Source: Vicugna vicugna (taxonomy: Eukaryota). From it: a stretch of DNA of 64,000 bases. Location: NCBI GenBank assembly GCA_013265495.1, contig MU059537.1:682001-746000 (forward strand). Direction: 5' to 3'. Both the position numbers and the translations under genes were made by a program. Positions 55,972 through 64,000 of this stretch are shown here, in pieces; the first letter of the stretch is position 1, and the number at the start of each line of letters is the position of its first letter. The notes below the pieces were generated by a model. The model saw only the letters and a list, made by a program, of their open reading frames with translations, did not search any database and was not told the origin of the DNA.

Positions 55972-56070
55972 CACTGTGTGGCTTTAAGCAAGACTCTGTC
56001 CCTCTCTGGGCCTCAATTTCTCCACCTGTGAAAGTTGAAGGTGGCATAAGATGAGCTCTGAGGAGCTCCT
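55972..56070 (+). mobile_element. MIR fragment
   Basis: ctgtgtggctttaagcaag...ctctctgggcctcaatttctccacctgtgaaa. Confidence 0.72.
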
Positions 56071-57934
56071 AAGTGACAAATGGGGCACAGAAGAGTGGCC
56101 CAGGGAACTGCGGGGACAAAGCTCACGGTCAATGGTCCCAGCAGTCACCCCTGGGTGGGTCCCCAGAGCTTCAGAGCAAGTTCCCACCATAACTCTGCCC
56201 AAGGCCCGTGCTAGGTGCCCTGGACGTTTCCACACAAGCGGCTTATAGCCTGGTTCTGGTTGTCTGGCCCGAACTGGTCCTGCTCCTTTTAGGACACAGA
56301 GGTGGGGGGGAAGGTGGGCATCTTTGAGCCCAGCCCCTGCTCACTCATGTCTCGAAAATTCTGCCCCAGCTGAGCCTCATTCATCCTCCAGGAAGCCCAC
56401 CCTGGTTTCTCTGGCTCCCCCAGTGGCTGCTGTGGGCCCAGGGTGAGTCCCCCGCTGCGGTCTGCCTCCACACACCCGCTGGGGATGAGTGTTCCTGTGA
56501 AGCAGCCTGCGGCAGGACTGGGTGCTTCCTGAGAGGAGGGGGCTTTCACAGGCCACGCTGTCCACACTTTGGAGGGAGATGCTAAGGGTCAGAGCACATA
56601 AGTGAGTGGTCCAGCCAGCCTCGAACCCAGGGCTGCCCAAAGGCCCCTCCAACCCAGACACACAGGGTCACTTCTCCCCAGGGCAGGGAAAGGTTCTGCC
56701 CACCTGGGCCTCCCTGTGGGTGCCGGGCCCTGCCAGTGAGTCCAGAACACAGGAGGAGGCACGTGGCCACTGACCCCTTAGGAAGGGCCACCTGCCCAGC
56801 CCCAGCTGCTGTCTTTCCTCTCAGGATCACCCCTTCAGGAGCAGAGTCCTTCCCCAGAGCGGGCCTGCATCCGGCCCCTGCAGGCCCCTCCGCCCAGCTG
56901 CTCCCGGGGCGGACGGCGCACGTGTAGCCAGGGTCCCAGCGTGTTTACGTCCTCGTGTGGTGCTGTGATGAGGGAGGACGGGTGAGGTCTAGAGCTGAAG
57001 CACCAGGACGGGGACAGGACCCACCTGGCTGTCACCTAGGGTCCCCTGCTGCCCCTTGGTCCCCCTCAGCTGCTCTACTGCTTTTGTGGTTCAGCCCCTC
57101 AGAATGGCAGTCCCCACCATGGTCTGCGCATCCTGGAAATACCACTGTAGAATTTCACCATGCAACCACGAGGGTCAGGGGGCTTCTGTGGGCTCAGCGA
57201 GGGCTCTCCTCCTGGCTGGGCTCCAAGAGGGCAGCCCCACCCTAAACTGCTCCAGTCAGACCCTCTGGAAGGGGTCTTGACCCCTGACCAAGCCAACATC
57301 TGACCTCTGACCCCAGACACAGGCAGCCTGGCCTGACCCAGCCTGTGGAGGAGACAGGGTAAAATTGTCCGTGTACCCTTGTCTCCACCGAGGGCCACAG
57401 GGGGTCACCTCAAGCCTCACAGGCTCCAGCACCTCCCAGCCCAGGATCCCTGGGTCCTACAGAGAAAAGCCCCCTGGGGGAGGGGTGCTCCTCGGAAGTC
57501 CACGGTGCCCGCTGTGTTCTGGAGAATCCCTGAGATTTCTTAGGGAACCAGCCTTCCTGTGCCAGACTAGAGCCCCGTGGCCCTCAGAGTGGGCACGAGG
57601 CCTGGCCAGGCCTACCAGTGACTCAGCGGTCGTCAGATCATAAAATTTGAGCCTCAGATGCCTCGGCCCTCCACCCCCACATCCTGGCTGCCTCCAGGCC
57701 ACCCCCACACAGAAACAACATGGAATCCACATTCCCCCCAGCTAGACCCTGGCTGCTCCTGCCTTGCTGGCTGGAGCAAGGATATGGATGGGCCAGAGGC
57801 TCCTGTGCCTCTCTGGGTCTCAGTGTCCCCTTCTGGGACAGATAAGACAGTGTTCTAAGGAGATGATGGCAGCCTGTGGGCTCAGTCCTGCATCGCTGGG
57901 CAGCCTGGTTGCAGGGAACAGGGAGGCTGCTCCA

Positions 57935-58380
57935 AGTACTACCCTCCCCCAGAATCTTCAATGGCTCCCCACTGCCCTCAGGATCAAGTCCCCAATCTGG
58001 TCTGCACAGGGGCAGCTATGAGCCAGTGTGGAAGTCCCCTGCTCACTCTCAGCTTCATGGCTCATTCCTGCCCTCCACTCACGAGGACCCTGCTGTGCAG
58101 TTCCCAATGCCAGATGGCCTCCCTCCCTCTGTCCATCCAGGCTGCCTACTTCCTGTTACCCCTGCCTCTGCCTGAGCTGTGCGGCCCCTCCCGTGGCCTT
58201 CCTGACCACACCGCCCCGCAGGCTGCCCAGGGCCCTGCAGCACCCCTGCTCCCTCCTGTTGGTGCATTGCCACCATGTCCCTCACCAGACTCAGAGCTCG
58301 GAAGCCCAGGGCCTGTCTTGGGCAGTCGTCTGTGTGTCCTCAGTGGCCAGCCCGGGGCCAGCTCAGCAGGTGCTGGGTCA
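57935..58380 (+). mobile_element. L2 fragment
   Basis: aatcttcaatggctccccactgccctcaggatcaagtcc...accagactcagagctc...agggcctgtctt. Confidence 0.7.
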
Positions 58381-59178
58381 AGGGGCACCGGATGATTCAG
58401 CCGCATGCGTGGGAAGGGGCACAGGGCCAGGAGACCAGAGGTGGCATTTGGGCAGGGAGCAGCACATCACAGATCTGGCCCTGAGCCCTCCCTGACCTTG
58501 ACCCCAAAGCCTCAACAAGCCTCCACCCCGGGCAGGGCATCTGCGGAGGGATGTCCCTCACAGCCGCTGCCTGGAGCCGGCCTTGGCCAGGGAGGTTTAC
58601 GGCTCGCTGCCCCACGCCCGGCCCTTGTCTTTCCCATACCGCCCCCTCCAACCCATGTGTCCCTACAGAGCCGCCAGCACTCAGAGGTTATGTACGATCA
58701 CATGTAGCCCCAGCTTGGTGCCGGCCCCACAAACACGCTCAGGCTCACATGAGCCCCTGTGAAGCCACATCCACCCCCAGGGACTCGCACGGATGGGCAC
58801 AAACGGAGGCCCAGACACGGCGTGCACGTGCGCGGGTGCTCGGTCAAGGCAGGCACACACGGGCACCCCAGGGCCAGAACAGGCAAACGGAACTGGAGAG
58901 CAGTGCGGGGGGCCGGGACCTGTACGGGGCCGCCAGGGCGGCCAGAGGCAGTTCACCACGCCTGTGTCCCCTCCCAGGCAGAAAACCGGGTCTGCGTGTG
59001 CCCCCACCGCCCACAGCACACACACGGCACATGAGTGCCAGCCCAGGCAGTCTCCCCAGACAGGGCACTGCGGGGACAGAGAGCCAGGGCTGGGGCCACC
59101 GTCCGTCCCCCTTCCCCTCCCCCTTCCTAGGTGGTAGGGTTCTGGCTCCACCCCCCACCTCACACCTGCCCCGCCCCC

Positions 59179-59297
59179 NNNNNNNNNNNNNNNNNNNNNN
59201 NNNNNNNNNNNNNNNNNNNNNNNNNNNNNNNNNNNNNNNNNNNNNNNNNNNNNNNNNNNNNNNNNNNNNNNNNNNNNNNNNNNNNNNNNNNNNNNNN
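59179..59297. other. Assembly gap (119 N)
   Basis: N run flanked by C-runs. Confidence 0.99.
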
Positions 59298-60579
59298 ACC
59301 CCACCCCCCGCTGCCTTTGCCCAAAAGGAGTCCCAAGCACGGGCCTGACGTCAGGCCCCAGGAAGGCGCGGTCCAGGCTGGCCATCGGAGTAAGTGGCCC
59401 GCAGAGCTGCAGCGGGAGGCCATCTCCTCTCCAGCCGTGGTGAGTCCCCCTCGGCGGGCCAGACCTCCCCTCCCAGGACACTGGGTGTCCTCACTCCTCA
59501 GCGGGGCAGGAAGAGGTTGCAGGACAGAGAAAGACAGGGGCAGGAGAGCGCTCGGAGCCTGAAAGGGGTTTGATGTCTCGCTGTGCAAGGAACCATTGCA
59601 CAGATGGGAAAACTGAGATTGAGGGTGAGGGCTGTGTTGGGGGTGGGGAGAGCTCCTGCTGCCCTGAGCCCCATCTGTGCTGCTGGATCCACAGCCCCCT
59701 TCCCTGGAACTCGTTCACTCATCATTCATTCAACACTCCTACTGGGCATCTGCTGGGGGCTGCCTTTCCCCACCTGTCAAGGCATGAGGGTGGCCCCAGA
59801 GGCCAGGCCAGGAAAGGGGTTGGGGGACCCCAGAGGCATTTGATGAGCTCTGGGACCTCGGCCACCAGCATCCCCCAAGCTGGGGCAGGGCTGAGGGTTG
59901 GGGGATTCGTGGGGACAGGCTCCAAGCAGGGTGGCCTCCTGTCATCCCGCAGCTCAGGTCTTAAGCCCCAGCCCCAGCCCTTCCCCCAGCCTTGTAGAGA
60001 TGGAGAAACTGAGGTCCAGGGCGGCCAGCCCACCCAGCCCTCAGTGTGGACCTGTCACTGCACTGCCCTGCCTGGCCCCCGCTGGCACTGACCGCCCTGT
60101 GAGAAGGCAGCAAGGACAGGGTCCCGAGGGGGAGGGCGGGTTGGGAACTGGCCTGTGGCCAGGGTGCCGGGCAGGACAGACAGGGAGCAGCTGTGCGTCC
60201 TGGGGCCAGACTGGGAACGGAAGGGACTGAAGGGGTGGTGGCAGTGGCTCACAGCCCTCAGGCAGGCGGCTGGCCCTACACATTGGCCCCACCCATTGGC
60301 CCCCATATTCTTCTGCCAACATCTGGTCACTCCCAACCAGAGAGTCACCCAGGGTGCCACCTCCCCTCACAGCTGTGTGGCCATGGACAAGTCGCTGGCC
60401 CCCTCTGAGCCTCAGCAAAAGCAAGATCTGCTGGTTCCCAGCCCCCAGTGTGTGGGGGAGGGGTTGGTCTCATTTTGTCCTGGGGTAACCTAATGTGATG
60501 CGGGGGGTCTCAGCACTCCCACTTTACAGGTGAGGAAGCTCAGGCTTGAAGAGGCCAAAGGTGGTCTCTCAAAATCATT

Positions 60580-60790
60580 TGTTTATTTATTCAGCCGCAG
60601 CCCTGAAAGGCCAGCCCAGGTCCTGGCCCTCGAGGCATCGCCAGTCCAGTAGGGGAAAAACAAGAAACAGGAAAGAAATAAATACGAAGCTGTCAGGTGT
60701 TGGAAGGGCTGCAAGGGAAAGAAAGCAGGTGGAAGTCAAGGGTATGCAGGGAGCTGGGCCATCCAGGAGGGCCTCCTTGAGGAGGTGGCG
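60580..60790 (-). mobile_element. L2 fragment
   Basis: tcatttgtttatttattcagc...caggagggcctccttgaggaggtggcg. Confidence 0.55.
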
Positions 60791-61249
60791 CTGGGGCCTG
60801 AAGAACACCAACAGCTAGCACCACACCCAGGCCACCCCATAGGCCTCTCAGGGTGCCCTGAACACAGAAGCCTGCTTCCTGCCTCAGGGCCCACGCTGTG
60901 CTCTTCCCAGTGCCTGAAACACTGTTCCCCTAGACCCTCCTAAGGGCCCTCCTGCTCCTGACCGGCCAAAGTTGCCCCCTCTGCCACTTCCAGCCCACTT
61001 CCCCGACCCTGCCCCCAGCTGCAAGCTCCGTGAGCTGGAGCTACATCTGCCTGGGACCCTTCGTGCCCCCAGCACTGGGGTTCAGGGCCAGATCTGATGC
61101 CTCCAAAGCATGTGGTCCTAACTGTTCCCAGGACCCTGGATGTGTGGCGTGGGGCAAGCGGCCAGCCCCCGGACCTTTGAGTCCTTCTCTGCACAGTGGG
61201 CCATGGTAAACATTCAGTGGCCTGGTGCAGGCGAGAGGGTCCTTGGGGC

Positions 61250-61380
61250 AGAGTTCGAATCCCAGCTCGTCCACCCCCATCTGGCTGACCCCAGGCATGT
61301 TACTTAACCTCCCTGTGCCTCAGTTCCCCCGCAGGCAAGATGGGGCCAGTGACACCGGCATGAGGGCGTCTTGGGAGGAG
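61250..61380 (+). mobile_element. MIR fragment
   Basis: gttcgaatcccagctc...ttacttaacctccctgtgcctcagtt. Confidence 0.8.
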
Positions 61381-62299
61381 GCAGTGAGACCCTGGAGGGG
61401 TCATTTTGGAGACAACCCGTGAACTGTGGCATTGCGGCTCTGCCCCCGTGGAGGGGTGTCCAGGGGCCCAGGGAGGACTGTGTGGGGTCGGGGGGGACTG
61501 TGGGCACCAGGGGCCTTCGACAGGTGACATGGCAGAAGCGGCACATCAGGCCGAGGGAACCACAGCCCAGACGCTGTGGACCAGGCTGAGGGCCATAGGG
61601 CAGAAGCAGCCGTGGAAGCCACTGCGCTGCCCCCGGGAGGCCGGGCGGGGCCGGCGGGCTCTGCTGCGCACCAGCTGTGGCCCTCGAGGCGAGGTGCGGG
61701 GTGAACCAGGCTGGCAGGGAGCACTGCCTAGCACCAGGCAGGAGCCCCATATGTGGCAATGTCTGCGGCTGCCCGCCCCAGAGAAGCTTGCGTTGCCATC
61801 AGAGCCAAGATCTCAGTCAAGGGCTCTCAGATGGTAAAACGTGAGGCTGGGTTACGTGGGGTGGAGCCCAGGTGCTCAACCTAGGTCCACGAGTGTCCCC
61901 TCTCCAGGGGCTAGGCGGAAGAGCCCTGGCCAGGGTGGGGACCTCGACTCCGCTGGTGCCACTTGGGACCTGCTGGGCGACCAGGGCCAGTCTGGTCCCC
62001 TTGCGGAGCCCGGGTCGGGGCTCAGTAAGGGCCCAGCTGTCCCTGGATGGAACAAACAGAGGCTCAGATTGGCCAAAGTCAGCAGGCGATGTTCTAAAGC
62101 AGATGCTGTGAAGTCAAGAATAATCAGGATAATTAACATGCAGGTGGTTCCCCCAGTAATGGCTATTTGGGGCTTGGAAGGCCGTGAGGGTCACCCCGTC
62201 GAGGGCACGGGCATATCCAGGTGCTCTGTGTACCCAGAATCTGCGCGCAAACCCCAGGTCCAGAAATGTTGACCCCAGCCCGGTCCTGCCCCTGCCTGG

Positions 62300-62415
62300 G
62301 TCTGGAGCCGGTGGACCTGCCTTTGATTCCCAGCTCCGAGTTCATGCTGTGTGTCCTAAAGCATGTCACTCACCTCTCTGGGCCTCTACTTCTCCTATAA
62401 AACCCAGGATTATTA
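62300..62415 (+). mobile_element. MIR fragment
   Basis: tttgattcccagctcc...gctgtgtgtcc...gtcactcacctctctgggcctc...ctataaaa. Confidence 0.75.
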
Positions 62416-63807
62416 TGTGGATGCAGAGTTCCTGGCAGGGTGGCTGGTCCCCAGCAGATGCCCCAGGCACCTTCGAAGGGGAAAGGCTGGGCCTGTCCTC
62501 CATGCCTGTCCCTCCTGGCTCCTGATATGGGAGCTTCAGATGAACCTGGGATCTTGGGATAAACTCCCAGGCTGTTGCCCAGGGCTGAGGTCAGGCTCTC
62601 TGGCTGCCCTGGTATATTAGCAGCCAAGCTGTGGGATTGGCATCTGCCAGGCAGCTGGGCAGCCACAGAGAACACACAGGGATGGCGGGATGGGTTCAAG
62701 AGAAGCCAAGGAGATGTTAGGATGCACCCTCACCTGCAAAGGCAGGGCGGTCAGCGCGGCCGGCACCCCCCAGCCGTCCGTGGGCAAGTACTGGCGCCCT
62801 GAGGCTCCGGGTCTTGGCCTGTGCTCCCGGGCACACAGCAAGGACCCCAAAGCTGCGAGGGAGGTAGCCGGGCATGACCTCCCACTCTGAGTGTGGAGAA
62901 TTGGTGTGGCCACCAGGCTGGACAGAGAGGGGGCCCAAAGGGGGGCAGGGTCAAGTGACTTTGGGAAAGACGCTCATCCTCCCCTCCGGGAAGATTCCCT
63001 GGGTTTGGGAGCTTGGCAGAAGTTCTGAGAAGCCCTGCACTGAGCGCTTGGGGTGACCCGGGCCTCTCCGCAGAGGTGGGCGGGAGACCCGGGCAGGCCT
63101 CGTTCCGGCGGGAAGCCAGGGGCCTCGGGCATGGCTGTTTCTGCTCCTTCTGTGTGGGGGCGTCTGCAGGCGTTTCCCCACCAGTACCTCTAGCTGTCCT
63201 GCCGACTTCACTTATGAGCTCAGTCACTCGTTCATTCGACAAATAGCATGCCCAGCATCACAGGCGAAGGAACTGAGGCTCTGAGACAAACACCAGTGAT
63301 GAGCACCAAGGGTCAGGGGAGGGGGCGGGGACAACACGGCCCGACGTGCTGTGCGATTGGGTGGGCTTCCAGGAGGAGGTGTCAGCCCTGCTAGGCTGGG
63401 AGGACTGGTGGGGAGTGAGGGCGGAGCTGAGGGCAGAAGCCAGTTCCAGGCTGGGCTTGGGACACTGGGTGGGCTACGAAGGGGCTGGGCCACCTGTGGA
63501 GGCCCCAAGTGCCTGAGCGGGCCTCGCCCCACAGGCTCTGCTGGGCTTGCTCAGGGGTTCACTCAGCCAGAGAGAAAGATGGATGCCACTCTGTGCCTGG
63601 CTGTTCCGAGAGCTGCAGACGGGAACTCAGTCCCACCCCCACCAGGCCCACCCAAGATGCTCACAGTCTGGTGGGGGAGGCACCGTGGGCTGGTCCCAGG
63701 CTGGAGGAAGCACAGGGTGCAGGGCGAGGAACACCCAGGAGAGACACCAAACCAGTCACGGAGGAAAGAGATGTCTTCCCGAGGAGCTGAGGCTTGGTGG
63801 GGGGGTC

Positions 63808-63817
63808 CTAAAAATAG
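63808..63817. promoter_or_regulatory. Perfect MEF2 site CTAAAAATAG
   Basis: Exact consensus, in GC-rich surroundings where an AT-rich decamer is unlikely by chance. Confidence 0.6.
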
Positions 63818-64000
63818 GCAGGAGAGGGACGGGGCGGGAGCAGCCTGGGCGCAGGCACAGCAGTTGGAGGGCACCTGGAGCTTCCTCACTCAGAAGGGCT
63901 CCCCCAGCCCCGCTTAGAGCCTCAGGCTTTTCCCAGGGAAGACTCCTGCCCCGGTGGCCCCACCCCTGAAGGCTGGTTGTAACCAGACGCCAGGGGGGAG

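Noticed and set aside
58551-59562. ORFs spanning the N gaps (also 40665-41601)
   Set aside because: Their length depends on reading through Ns.
1-64000. tRNA, rRNA, snoRNA or miRNA genes; intact LINE/ERV ORFs; prokaryotic defence or mobile systems
   Set aside because: No supporting motifs or structures seen; exon-intron structure and eutherian repeats show this is mammalian DNA.

Overview
Eukaryotic, not microbial: a GC-rich placental-mammal locus equivalent to human 8q24.3 (MROH5 - PTP4A3 - towards GPR20), reversed relative to the human assembly. The + strand carries the last six coding exons of MROH5 (1339-3855, open frame, stop at 3853-3855). Tail-to-tail on the - strand is a complete PTP4A3 (PRL-3) gene. 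Its five coding exons (13596-13492, 11313-11221, 9525-9395, 8815-8741, 6996-6879) sum to 522 nt = 173 aa + stop, with an intact HCVAGLGR catalytic loop and a CCVM CaaX end. It has an 844-nt 5'UTR segment in the first coding exon (acceptor at 14440), a proximal TATA/MEF2 promoter with a short first exon (~17250-17151), and a distal CpG-island promoter (~39.5-40.3 kb). The rest is intron/intergenic DNA with old repeats (MIR, L2, L1M, MLT1, MER5A, L3), a 24-bp minisatellite and two N gaps. I saw no young lineage-specific SINE, so I cannot name the species. Nearly all ORFs in the supplied track are GC-content artefacts. Best second-look items: (1) a cascade of 4-5 uORFs in the PRL-3 leader, one created only by the proximal promoter; (2) a CTCF arrangement (-> 1.7 kb ... 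<- 43.6 kb | -> 45.1 kb) enclosing PTP4A3; (3) an overlapping two-strand poly(A) signal between the convergent genes; (4) the same 24-bp minisatellite at two sites 38.7 kb apart. I found no evidence of a wholly new gene system; the novelty here, if any, is regulatory.
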